From Chloroflexota bacterium (GTDB lineage: Bacteria; Chloroflexota; UBA11872; VXOZ01), in the NCBI GenBank assembly GCA_965221905.1, contig OZ244922.1:264232-328231 (forward strand): 64,000 nt of DNA. The letters run 5' to 3'. Both the position numbers and the translations under genes were made by a program. Positions 17,387-26,526 of this stretch are shown here, piece by piece; positions within the stretch are counted from its first letter, which is position 1, and the number at the start of each line of letters is the position of its first letter. The notes below the pieces were generated by a model, which saw only the letters and a list, made by a program, of their open reading frames with translations, searched no databases and was not told the origin of the DNA.

Positions 17387-17414
17387 GTAGGGGCGGTTCG
17401 CGAACCGCCCCTAC
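17387..17414. repeat. Perfect 28-nt palindrome, 'GTAGGGGC...GCCCCTAC' family
   Basis: GTAGGGGCGGTTCGCGAACCGCCCCTAC. Related copies at 61368-61395 (perfect) and 26242-26268 (imperfect). Confidence 0.75.
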
Positions 17415-17826
17415 AATGTTTATTCACTAACTGACGGACAGATCAACCAGGCATTTCGCGAGATGCAGAAGGCCCCCGGTCCTTATCCAAGTCTCTGCAG
17501 AAGCATGGAGGTAATGTAAGCCTGAGGCATCAGTTCAGGGATATTGGACTTCCATGCGCCTCGTGTTAGGTGTGCTGCCCATGCAAGTGACTAATACTGT
17601 AAACATGGTAATTGCATCGAAAAGCAAGAATAGTCTGCGCATGGCGCACCTCCCTTTCCTGAAAAGGTGCCCGCCCACAAGAGCTAAAACCTCTACGAAA
17701 CAAATCGCCAGGGTAGCACCGGAACACCCGTATTGGCAAATTTGGTCCGATTATACCATTACATCGCTAATTTGTCAAGCCCCTGACTGTGGCTAGCGAA
17801 GGTTATTGCTCCCTTTCAGGAGGGCG

Positions 17827-18741
17827 CTACCTCGATGGGGGCGGATAGGTCGGTTTGCTTTCGTAGGGTTCGCCGCCGGTGCGGGTGAAGAAGCCGGTGG
17901 TTTGGGCGAAGCCGGAGTCTTTGGCGTAGATTTCCATCTCCGGCGCGCGCAGGTTGCCCAGGTTATCGCGGACTGCCGCGATGCTCGGATACGTGGCGGC
18001 GACGGTCTGTTCGTCGATGCGAAAAGCGTTTGCCACCGCGCTCATGGCGTCGGTCGCGCGCTCGGCGAAGGTGTACTTGACCTTGAGCGTCACCGGGCCT
18101 TCCATCTTTAGGGGTTCAACCACGCCGATCTTGCCCAGCGCCCGCACCGCGCCCTCTGCCGCCGCCTCAGCCGCGGCTTGGGGCGTCATTGAGATGGCGC
18201 TGAAGTGGCTGGTGCCCTTCTTCACCGCCACCGTCTCAATGCCAGGCACCAGGTCTTCCGCCTCAAGGCAGGCCCAGTAGTCGCCGGTGTTGAGCACCGC
18301 GGGCACGTTGTGGATGCCCGCAAACGCCACGAAGATGCCGATTTCGCCAACCAGCAGATCGTTAAGCCAGATGCCTTCCACCGCGCTATAGGCGCGCGTA
18401 ATGGGGTGGGGAAGAATAGAGTGCCGCCAGCAGCCCTTCTCGCGGTTGCCGGCCATCTCATGGAAGCCGACAAGCATGCCGGCGTCGAAGCTCTCATCGA
18501 GGAGTTCCGTGAATATGTCGTGCCGGGGCAGGCCGTGAATGATCTGCACCGGTTTCGGCAGCTTGTGGTACTCCATGATATGGATGGTATTCAGCACGAT
18601 CTCGGTGACGTCGTTATCCAAGAGCGCTTCGCAGATCGCCGCGAGCTCCATAGTGGCGTACTCGCTGGCGTTCAGGTAGCTTTCGCGGCGATTGAAGACC
18701 CCCGCCACGCCCTCTTGGTCGGCAAAGATGTAGATTTTCAC
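17827..18741 (-). CDS. Peptidase M55 family, D-aminopeptidase DppA-like
   Basis: MKIYIFADQEGVAGV N-terminus and overall length are typical of DppA/M55 proteins. Confidence 0.7.
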   Translation of the reverse strand: MKIYIFADQEGVAGVFNRRESYLNASEYATMELAAICEALLDNDVTEIVLNTIHIMEYHKLPKPVQIIHGLPRHDIFTELLDESFDAGMLVGFHEMAGNREKGCWRHSILPHPITRAYSAVEGIWLNDLLVGEIGIFVAFAGIHNVPAVLNTGDYWACLEAEDLVPGIETVAVKKGTSHFSAISMTPQAAAEAAAEGAVRALGKIGVVEPLKMEGPVTLKVKYTFAERATDAMSAVANAFRIDEQTVAATYPSIAAVRDNLGNLRAPEMEIYAKDSGFAQTTGFFTRTGGEPYESKPTYPPPSR

Positions 18742-18854
18742 GTTGTTTTACTCTTCCCAGTCAAGCTGAGCCCTTCCGCATGGTAGGACATGTTGATGTC
18801 GTACATTGTCGAGGGGGTTAAGTTATTTGCCATGCTCCCTATGTATCCGGTGGC

Positions 18855-18880
18855 CGCAGGTTTCAAACCTGCGCTACCGG
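18855..18880. repeat. Solo copy of the 'CGCAGGTTTnCAAACCTGCGCTACCG' hairpin repeat
   Basis: CGCAGGTTTCAAACCTGCGCTACCGG. One mismatch relative to the copy at 6548-6572. Confidence 0.7.
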
Positions 18881-18998
18881 TCGGGGGACAAGCCTCCGCG
18901 CTGTTCGGCGGGAAAGATTCCCCCTGCCACCGGGCGGGGACGAGCCCCCGATTTGTGTTTCGACATAACCGACGTGTTACGACGCCTGCCGACCTAGG

Positions 18999-20261
18999 CT
19001 ACTTTGCGTAGTGGGTAAACACCTTGCGGATGGCTTTCGCCATGTCGTGGACCATTTCCTCGGTGCACTTCTCATTGATGTGCCGCACGAGCATGCGTTT
19101 CAGGATGCCCTCCGCGTTCGGGCACATGCCGGTGTAGTAGCGCACGTCGCGGCCGCTCGCGGGGTCAAGCAGCGGGAAGGCCGACTCGCCAAAGAAACGG
19201 CGGTTCTTCAGCACGTCGTACTCGTAGATCGGCGTGCGGGTATAGCCTGCCCCGAAGCCGACGCCCTCATGCGCGAAAGCCTTTGATAGGTCATCCAAAC
19301 CGACAGTCAGTTCTTCCAGCTTGGCCAGCGGGCACCAATTCCAAAAGACGTGAGTGCTCTCGGGCGTGGGCGGACGGGGTGGGATGATGCCGGGCACGTC
19401 TTCCACTAGATCGCTCAGCAGCATGCCCCACTTGGTGCGGAGGCCCGTAATGGTCGGCAGCTTGCGCAACTGGGCAAGCCCGACGGCGCCTTGCAGTTCC
19501 GTCATGCGGTAGTTGGGCGCCAGGAAGGGCGGTTGTTGCTCGCGGCCGCCGCGCCCGCGGCCTTTGTTGTGCGCCAGCATGATGCGCTCGCCCAGGTAGT
19601 CGTTGTTCGTTACGGTCATGCCGCCGTCGCCGGTAGTCATGTGCTTGCTCTGCTGGAAGGAGTAGCAACCAATGTCGCCGATGGTGCCGGCGTAGCGGCC
19701 GTTGTACGCCGCCATATGCGCCTGGGAGCAGTCCTCGATCACGAGCAGGTTGTGCTTGCGGGCCAGCTCCACGATCGGGTCCATGACCGCCGCGTTGCCC
19801 TGGAGGTGCACCACCATGATGGCGACAGTGCGCTCGGTGATGCACGCCTCAATGGTCTCGGCAGTGATGATGCCCGTGAGCGGGTCCACGTCGGCGAAAA
19901 TCGGCACGGCAAGCTGGTAGAGAATGGCGATAATGCTGCCGATGTCCGTGATCGGCGCGACGATGATTTCGTCCCCCGGGTTGGGACCCACCGCCAACAC
20001 GCCCACGTGCAGCGCGGCGGTGCCGGAGGTGCTGGTGACCGCATGCTTGACACCGAAGGTCTTCTTCCACTCTTCTTCGAATTGCTGTACCTTGGGGCCG
20101 CCGAGCACGTTCAGATTACCCGATCGGATCACGTCGGTCAGTTCGGCAATCTCTTCATCGCCGAACATGCGTCCGCTGATGTCGCTGTTGGTCGGAAATT
20201 TGTAGTCTACAGTCCTAGGGCCGCCCTCAATGGCAAGTTGCTCTTGCTCTACGGTCTGCAT
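18999..20261 (-). CDS. DegT/DnrJ/EryC1/StrS family PLP-dependent aminotransferase
   Basis: TSTSGTAALHV, DEIIVAP, and YSFQQSKHMTTGDGG (PLP lysine region) are typical of sugar aminotransferases. Confidence 0.8.
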   Translation of the reverse strand: MQTVEQEQLAIEGGPRTVDYKFPTNSDISGRMFGDEEIAELTDVIRSGNLNVLGGPKVQQFEEEWKKTFGVKHAVTSTSGTAALHVGVLAVGPNPGDEIIVAPITDIGSIIAILYQLAVPIFADVDPLTGIITAETIEACITERTVAIMVVHLQGNAAVMDPIVELARKHNLLVIEDCSQAHMAAYNGRYAGTIGDIGCYSFQQSKHMTTGDGGMTVTNNDYLGERIMLAHNKGRGRGGREQQPPFLAPNYRMTELQGAVGLAQLRKLPTITGLRTKWGMLLSDLVEDVPGIIPPRPPTPESTHVFWNWCPLAKLEELTVGLDDLSKAFAHEGVGFGAGYTRTPIYEYDVLKNRRFFGESAFPLLDPASGRDVRYYTGMCPNAEGILKRMLVRHINEKCTEEMVHDMAKAIRKVFTHYAK

Positions 20262-20536
20262 GGGGTGTTTCTCCTCCGGTGGCTGCGTAGGCTTTACTGA
20301 AAAGAATCCGTGCGGTTCGTACGATCCCTATGTCGCTTTCATTGTGGACAAACACTAGAGGGAGCGCAAGTAGTGCTATAAACGCGCTGTCTGACGGGAT
20401 TTTCAGCGGAATGAATGGCGAGATCCCACGCGATGATCTGCGGGCTAGCGGGTCGTTTCCAATCCAGAACGTAGGAGGGACGCACAATACAAGTGCGTCC
20501 CTCCTGAATTGACCGGTCTTGCTGGTGTCGTAGCGC

Positions 20537-21496
20537 CTACGGGTTTGAACCGGTATTTATCTCTGTGTCCTCGCGGTTGCCCCACTCCGCCCACGCGCCG
20601 TCGTAATTTTGGACGTTGTTGTAGCCCAGGAGCCGCGCCACGAAGTAAGCCACCGCTGAACGAACCGCGGTCTGGCAGTGGGCATAAACCACAGAGTCCT
20701 CTGTAATCCCGGCAGAATTGAAGAGCTCCGTGAGCTCCGCAGCGGACTTTAGGGTGCGCGCGTCTGTGCCGTTGAGGTAGATGACCCAATCCTGGTTGAT
20801 GGCACCCGGAATGTGACCGCCGCGGTCGGCGCGCACGTCGCGCCCAGAATACTCGCCAGCAGAGCGGTTGTCCAAGATTACGGCATTGCTGTCTCCACTC
20901 TCGATTGCCGCGCGCACTTCTTCGATTGTGCCCACCAGGAACGGATCGAAGTCAGGCGTAAACGTGACGCTCGGGAACGAGGTCACGTCCGTCGTCAGCT
21001 CTCGTTCTTCCTGATTCCACTTGGCAAAGCCGCCGTTGAGCACCTTGGCATTCTTATTGCCGTAGAGCTCCAGCGCCCAGAAGATGCGGGTAGCCCCAAG
21101 GATATTGCCCCTGCCGTAGACCACAACTTCGGTATCATTGCCGATGCCAAAGCCGCCTACCAATTCCGCAAATTTGTCTGCCGGCAGGACCATGCCGCTT
21201 ACTTCATGTTCGGCATCTCGGAAGCTGGAGGACGGAATGTTGATGGCATTGGGAACGTGACCTGCGGCGTAGTCGTCGGCAGAACGAATGTCAATGATGC
21301 GCAAGCCCTCTTTGCCCAGGTTGGCTTCCAACCAGTCGGACTCAACTAAGAGTTGTGGGTTGGCGTAGGCCAACGGCCCTTCTTGCGAGTCTTCCTGCTG
21401 TACCGTAACTTGACTGCAGGCGCTTGCCAGCAGCGCGCCCCCGGCAGTGAGGCCGGTAAGTTGTAGGAACGTCCGGCGTGATAGTCCTTTTCGCAT
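20537..21496 (-). CDS. Exported two-domain rhodanese (thiosulfate/3-mercaptopyruvate sulfurtransferase-like) lipoprotein
   Basis: Tat-type signal MRKGLSRRTFLQLTGLTAGGALLASAC after a GGAGG SD. Tandem rhodanese domains. Active-site loop YAHCQTAVRS. Confidence 0.8.
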   Translation of the reverse strand: MRKGLSRRTFLQLTGLTAGGALLASACSQVTVQQEDSQEGPLAYANPQLLVESDWLEANLGKEGLRIIDIRSADDYAAGHVPNAINIPSSSFRDAEHEVSGMVLPADKFAELVGGFGIGNDTEVVVYGRGNILGATRIFWALELYGNKNAKVLNGGFAKWNQEERELTTDVTSFPSVTFTPDFDPFLVGTIEEVRAAIESGDSNAVILDNRSAGEYSGRDVRADRGGHIPGAINQDWVIYLNGTDARTLKSAAELTELFNSAGITEDSVVYAHCQTAVRSAVAYFVARLLGYNNVQNYDGAWAEWGNREDTEINTGSNP

Positions 21497-21752
21497 TGGT
21501 GCATACCTCCTATGATGGCTTTGTCCATGGATAATAGCATAGACGATGTACAATAATGGCAATAGTAACGTCACTCGTCGATTAAGTCAACTAAATTGAT
21601 AGAGTTTAATGACTAAAATCACTCTAACACGGAAACTATAAGCCTGATTGCTTGGTAAAGACCGGACTCTGCGACTATGACGATTGCCAAGGCGACTCTC
21701 AGGTGGATAGGCGGCGAACCGATTATCCACCTGACCAGTGAAAGGAAGCACG

Positions 21753-22463
21753 TCAGCGCGGTTTGTCGGCGCGGATGGTGCCGGCGTTCTTGAGAGCTTC
21801 GCGCTTGGAGAGGGCGCTAAGGCGGTCGGCGTTGCGGGCCACGTAGTCTTCAACGGTTTGCAGATCGGTCCAGGCTAGGTCGCGCAGGGCCCAGCCGATG
21901 GCTTTGCGGATGAAGAAGTCGGGATCGGCCAGGTTGGGTTCGATGCAGTCGCAGAGCAGCGCCAGGTCGGTCGCCTCCTTGCGCTTCACCTGGCAGATGA
22001 TGGACGAGCGGCGCTTCCACAGAACGGCGTCGCGGCTCCATGCCCGCATGTGGGCGGCCATCTCCTCCGGATAGCGGTCCACGAGCTCGCGGAGTTTGCG
22101 CGTGGCGACGTCGTCAACAAAGTCCCACCACGCGCCGCTGACGACCATCTCTTCATAGAGCGGCAGGGTGTCTAGTGTGCGAAAGGCGTGGAACTGCGTC
22201 TCTCCGGTAATATCCTGGGCGGCGTAACGTTCCTCGCGATAGGCGGCGTTACGCCAGAGCTCCAGGATGGCGGCGAGCCAATCGTCCCTGGAGGCAAGGG
22301 GGCGCGCACGCAGAGCGGCGCGGACGAGCTTGCGGCGGATAGGAGTCTGCACGCCGCGATAGGGCATCGCCGACTTCATGTACGCCCGCATGCCCGCGGC
22401 CTTTTCGGGGTTGGCATTGTCAGCCAGTGCTTGACGGATTGCAGTTATGAGTTCAATGCTCAT
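21753..22463 (-). CDS. DNA alkylation repair enzyme family (AlkD/AlkC-like HEAT-repeat protein)
   Basis: NPEKAAGMRAYMKSAMPYRGVQTP and FIRKAIGWALRDLAWTD match the pfam 'DNA alkylation repair enzyme' pattern as I recall it. Confidence 0.7.
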   Translation of the reverse strand: MSIELITAIRQALADNANPEKAAGMRAYMKSAMPYRGVQTPIRRKLVRAALRARPLASRDDWLAAILELWRNAAYREERYAAQDITGETQFHAFRTLDTLPLYEEMVVSGAWWDFVDDVATRKLRELVDRYPEEMAAHMRAWSRDAVLWKRRSSIICQVKRKEATDLALLCDCIEPNLADPDFFIRKAIGWALRDLAWTDLQTVEDYVARNADRLSALSKREALKNAGTIRADKPR

Positions 22464-23053
22464 GGCAAAGTTTTGGTTCGGTAAACGGCAGATTCGGACC
22501 CGAATTGGCGGCCGTCCGGCTTGAAGGAAATCTATCCAGGTTCCTTCAGCCTGCGAAAAAACTATACCAGACTAGGTCGCGAATAGGTGACTTCGATGGT
22601 CAATTTGCGCCTCAGCTTGATCCTCTGGCAGAGACCTTAGCTAAAGCACACGTTTTACGCGAGCTGCTCATGTGACCCCGCCGGGCGGAGTATGCAGAAT
22701 GCTGTCCCGCAAACCCAATGGCAGTGCGAATTCAAGCGGTGCTTCAATTAGATGGTAACCCTGCAATCGCTGCCGCCCCATGGTGAGGGGATGCATTTCA
22801 AGACTGTCGGTCGGCTTTGCTACGGAAAACCGAATGCATGCTAGAGTCGGCCATGCCGCAGGGCACGGGCGTATGGTTGAAACAGCAGAGTCTCTGGTAC
22901 GTGTCTCATGATCCCGGGTTGCATCTGCAAAACCAAAATGTGGTGAGGTCCGGCAATACTTGGCTACTTGTCTATTTCTCTACATGAATACATTTTCTGG
23001 TATTATGCAATCGTAATGGAACAATGATGTTCAAAGAATAGGGTGGTGAATCC

Positions 23054-23530
23054 GTGCAATACGATTGCAAGGAGCAACTGACTGGTAGATTTATTGCGGC
23101 AGTTGACTACCTAAACCGTCAGATGCACACGTGCGGCCTTGACGACTGGGAAGGTCTGGACATGACCATTCCCCAGATCAAGACGTTAGTCTTACTGGAG
23201 CGATCGGGTCCCTTGCGCATGGGCAACATCGCTGCTTTTCTGGACCGGGCGCTCTCCGCCACGACGACGGTCATAGACCGCTTGGTAGAAAAAGAGCTGG
23301 TTGATCGGGCCTGGGACCCAGGCGATCGAAGAGTCGTGATCTGCAGACTCACCGACAAAGGACAGCACGCGATGGAACGCTTCTGGAAGATTCGTCGGGA
23401 GCGACTGCAGTTGATGGCGGACATTTTGGAAGTGGAAGAGTTGGAAGTCGTGGTGCATGGCTTGGAAATGATGCGCTCGGCGGATAAGAAGATTCAGAAT
23501 TCATCCGCTTCAATTCAATCTGCAGGGTAA
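23054..23530 (+). CDS. MarR family transcriptional regulator
   Basis: Winged-helix region IPQIKTLVLLERSGPLRMGNIAAFLDRALSATTTVIDRLVEKELVDRAWDPGDRRVVICRLTDKG. GTG start. Confidence 0.85.
   Translation: MQYDCKEQLTGRFIAAVDYLNRQMHTCGLDDWEGLDMTIPQIKTLVLLERSGPLRMGNIAAFLDRALSATTTVIDRLVEKELVDRAWDPGDRRVVICRLTDKGQHAMERFWKIRRERLQLMADILEVEELEVVVHGLEMMRSADKKIQNSSASIQSAG
23055..23069. promoter_or_regulatory. Perfect inverted repeat TGCAAT-ACG-ATTGCA at the marR start (candidate operator)
   Basis: Seen directly. A related TTGCA-TC-TGCAA lies at about 22919-22930. Confidence 0.3.
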
Positions 23531-23940
23531 GATTCACGTATCCGTCTCCTTCCGTCGTGCATAATAGGTGTCAACCCGTCTAATTGAGCCGCCAATGAAG
23601 CTTAGCCCTTAGCCACATGTGTCCGCGCGGAACGCGGGGCTTGACTACTGTGACGGACCTCTTGGCCGCAGCGCGCGTAGAGGTGGGCACACTTGAGCCC
23701 TGTCGCCGTTCTAAACGGGCAGACGAAGTGCCCCTGCCAGATCGCCGTGTCTCCTAAAGTGATCCACCTCGTTCTCACTCTGTATGCGGCGCAAGAAGGG
23801 CACAGAGAATAGCAAGCGCGCTGAACCGGGCAGGAGTTCTGCCACGCAGCCAACAGCCGCCTCCCCAGGCCTAGGTGTACATGTAGTCGCCGAGAGTATA
23901 GACTCGTTCCAATCATGGAAAGACTCTGAACGGTAGCCAC

Positions 23941-23976
23941 TATAATGGTCGAATCGCCGCTGCGGTAGTGTATAAT
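23941..23976 (+). promoter_or_regulatory. Two TATAAT boxes upstream of nadA (candidate promoters)
   Basis: TATAAT at 23941-23946 and 23971-23976, about 80-115 nt upstream of the nadA ATG. Confidence 0.3.
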
Positions 23977-24055
23977 GCAATGAAAGCTGCGGTAAGCGTC
24001 TTCACTTATGAGCAGTGGGGCGCTGTTGCAGAGGGGGAGAAGGGGATAGGCACGC

Positions 24056-25228
24056 ATGGCAGCCACGGCAGACGCGCTAACGCCGCGCGAATACCGGCGT
24101 ATACATCGGCTTCTGTTGCGCAGCCGGCGCACTGCCGGCAGAGAGCACGAGCCGATTCCAAAGCACTACCTGCAGTTGCCCGCTGAGGAATTGGACCAAC
24201 GCATCGATGCCGTGCGGCGAAAACTCGGCGAGCGCGTGCTCATCCTCGGGCACCACTACCAGCGTGACGAGGTCATCAAGTACGCCGACCTGCGCGGCGA
24301 CTCTTTCAAGCTAGCCACTTTTGCTGCTAACCAGCGTGATTCCGAATACATCATCTTCTGCGGCGTGCATTTCATGGCGGAAAGCGCCGATATTCTCACC
24401 GCCCCGCACCAGTCGGTGATATTGCCCAACCCTACGGCCGGTTGTTCCATGGCCGATATGGCCGATATCGACGATATCGTGGAGTGCTGGGAGCAACTTA
24501 CCGAGGCGGTGGGTGAATCGATCGTGCCGGTTACGTATATGAACTCCACCGCGGTGCTCAAAGCTTTTTGCGGCGCGCACGGCGGCATTGTTTGCACCTC
24601 TTCCAACGCTGCCGCTGTTTACGAGTGGGCGATGGAGCGGGGCGAGAAGATACTCTTCTTCCCAGACCAGCATCTGGGTCGCAACACTGGTCTGAAGTTC
24701 GGTATTCCCCAGGATGAGATGGTGGTCTGGGACCCGGTGCAGCCTGTGCTGGGCGGCAACACAGAAGCGGACGTGCGCAAAGCCCAGGTGATCCTGTGGA
24801 AGGGCTGGTGCTCGGTGCACACGCGATTCACGGTTAAGCAGGTGGAGTTTGCCCGCAGGCAGCACCCGGACGTAAACGTCATCGTCCATCCGGAGTGCCC
24901 CATGGAAGTGGTGCAGGCTGCCGACTACAACGGCTCCACGGAGTTTATTCTCAAGACCATTACTGAAGCGCCTGCAGGTTCGGTCTGGTCGGTCGGTACC
25001 GAAATCAACATGGTCAATCGCATGGCCGACGAAAATCCCGCTAAGAAGATCTTCAGCCTCGACCCCATTGTCTGCCCTTGCTCCACGATGTACCGCATTC
25101 ACCCTGCCTATATCGCCTGGGTGATGGAAGACCTCCTGGAGGGCAAGGTCACGAACCAGGTGAGCGTTGACTCCGATGTGGCGCACTGGGCGGTGGTTTC
25201 CCTCAATCGCATGCTCACCGTGCACTAG
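24056..25228 (+). CDS. nadA: Quinolinate synthase NadA (long, B. subtilis-like type)
   Basis: ILGHHYQRDEVIKYADLRGDSFKLA and FCGVHFMAESADIL closely parallel the B. subtilis NadA N-terminal region. Conserved Cys residues are present for the 4Fe-4S cluster. Confidence 0.92.
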   Translation: MAATADALTPREYRRIHRLLLRSRRTAGREHEPIPKHYLQLPAEELDQRIDAVRRKLGERVLILGHHYQRDEVIKYADLRGDSFKLATFAANQRDSEYIIFCGVHFMAESADILTAPHQSVILPNPTAGCSMADMADIDDIVECWEQLTEAVGESIVPVTYMNSTAVLKAFCGAHGGIVCTSSNAAAVYEWAMERGEKILFFPDQHLGRNTGLKFGIPQDEMVVWDPVQPVLGGNTEADVRKAQVILWKGWCSVHTRFTVKQVEFARRQHPDVNVIVHPECPMEVVQAADYNGSTEFILKTITEAPAGSVWSVGTEINMVNRMADENPAKKIFSLDPIVCPCSTMYRIHPAYIAWVMEDLLEGKVTNQVSVDSDVAHWAVVSLNRMLTVH

Positions 25229-25360
25229 AAGCTCTTCGAGAATCCTCGTACTCTTACATTAGATAAGCTTTGGCAGTCCCGCGTTTGTGCAGTATACTGA
25301 CACGAGCGCGGGATGTTTTCGTGTTGCCTGCGCATACTTCTACCCTGGAGGATGATGCCC

Positions 25361-26143
25361 ATGCAACCGAATACGATTCGCGAGAAACTGAACGCCGGTG
25401 AGCCCACATTGGCGACGCACGTGCATACCACGTGGCCCGGGATGATCGAGGTCATCGGCTTGACCGGAATCTATGACTACGTCGAATTCGTCGCCGAGTA
25501 TGCGCCGTTCAACCTGCACGACCTGGAGAACTTCTGCCGGGCGGCGGAGTTGCATAACCTCTCGACCATGATCAAGGTCGACCAAGCGCCCCGCAGCTTC
25601 CTGGCCCAGCGGGCAATCGGCGCCGGTTTTCAAAGCGTGCTCTTTGCCGACAGCCGCACCGTGGCGGACGCCGAGGAGTGTGTACGCGCGGTGCGGGCGG
25701 ATACGCCGGAGGCCCGCGGGATTCACGGGGTGGCCATGCGACGCGCCTGGTATATGTCGTACGGCGCCGGGCCGGATTACCCCCAAGCGCTGGATGACAT
25801 CGTGGTGGCGCTCATGATCGAAAGGCAGTCCGCCGTGGACCATCTGGACGAGTTTCTGGCGGTCAAGGGCGTCGACATGGTGCAGTGGGGTCCCGCTGAC
25901 TACGCCATGAACATCGGCCGGGCCGGTGAATTCCAGCACCCGGACGTGAAAGCCGCCGAGAAGAAGGTATTCGAGACGTGCTTGGCGAAAGGTATTCCGC
26001 CCCGCGCCGAGATCAACTCTGTAGAGCAGGCCCAGCGATTTCTCGACATGGGCGTGCGCCACTTCTGTATGGGCACCGACATCAACATCATCCATGACTG
26101 GCTGAAGGAACAAGGCGACACACTGCGCAATTTGCTGAGCTAG
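25361..26143 (+). CDS. HpcH/HpaI family aldolase (2-keto-3-deoxy-acid aldolase-like)
   Basis: NTIREKLNAGEPTLATHV N-terminus, (beta/alpha)8 aldolase length, and a DMVQWGPADY-type motif. ATG at 25361 follows GGAGGA. Confidence 0.75.
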   Translation: MQPNTIREKLNAGEPTLATHVHTTWPGMIEVIGLTGIYDYVEFVAEYAPFNLHDLENFCRAAELHNLSTMIKVDQAPRSFLAQRAIGAGFQSVLFADSRTVADAEECVRAVRADTPEARGIHGVAMRRAWYMSYGAGPDYPQALDDIVVALMIERQSAVDHLDEFLAVKGVDMVQWGPADYAMNIGRAGEFQHPDVKAAEKKVFETCLAKGIPPRAEINSVEQAQRFLDMGVRHFCMGTDINIIHDWLKEQGDTLRNLLS

Positions 26144-26241
26144 GCCTGAGCACTCCATTGGCCCGTCGGCAGTCGCTGGCGCAGGGCCGGGTTGCATGCC
26201 GGGGACACAGCCTGGCTAACAGGTGAACTATTGTGGGACAG

Positions 26242-26268
26242 GTAGGACACGACATGCCGTGCCCCTAC
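26242..26268. repeat. Imperfect copy of the 'GTAGGGGCACGACATGTCGTGCCCCTAC' palindrome
   Basis: GTAGGACACGACATGCCGTGCCCCTAC. Confidence 0.6.
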
Positions 26269-26526
26269 GTCTGTTAAGTAAGGTAGCAGCACACAAGTTG
26301 ACTGGCTCTCGATAAGTGTGTCGATACTGAGAATAATGACATCTCACGCTATTGCCAATACACTCTATTTAGGATAGGATTATTGGCAAGACCAGTATTT
26401 CATAGGAAAGGGGGGTGTTCACAAGCTCAGGTAGCAACGTAGTGTTGCCTATACTGAATGTGGTATACGTGCAGTCTCTAATTGAGGTGGTGTGGCGAAA
26501 TACCGCACCGCAAGGGAGTGAGAAGC

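Noticed and set aside
23602-24132. 176-aa minus-strand ORF upstream of nadA
   Set aside because: It is Arg/Cys/Ser-rich with no motif, and it overlaps the nadA start and promoter boxes. I treated it as noncoding; the region is listed as unexplained in the findings.
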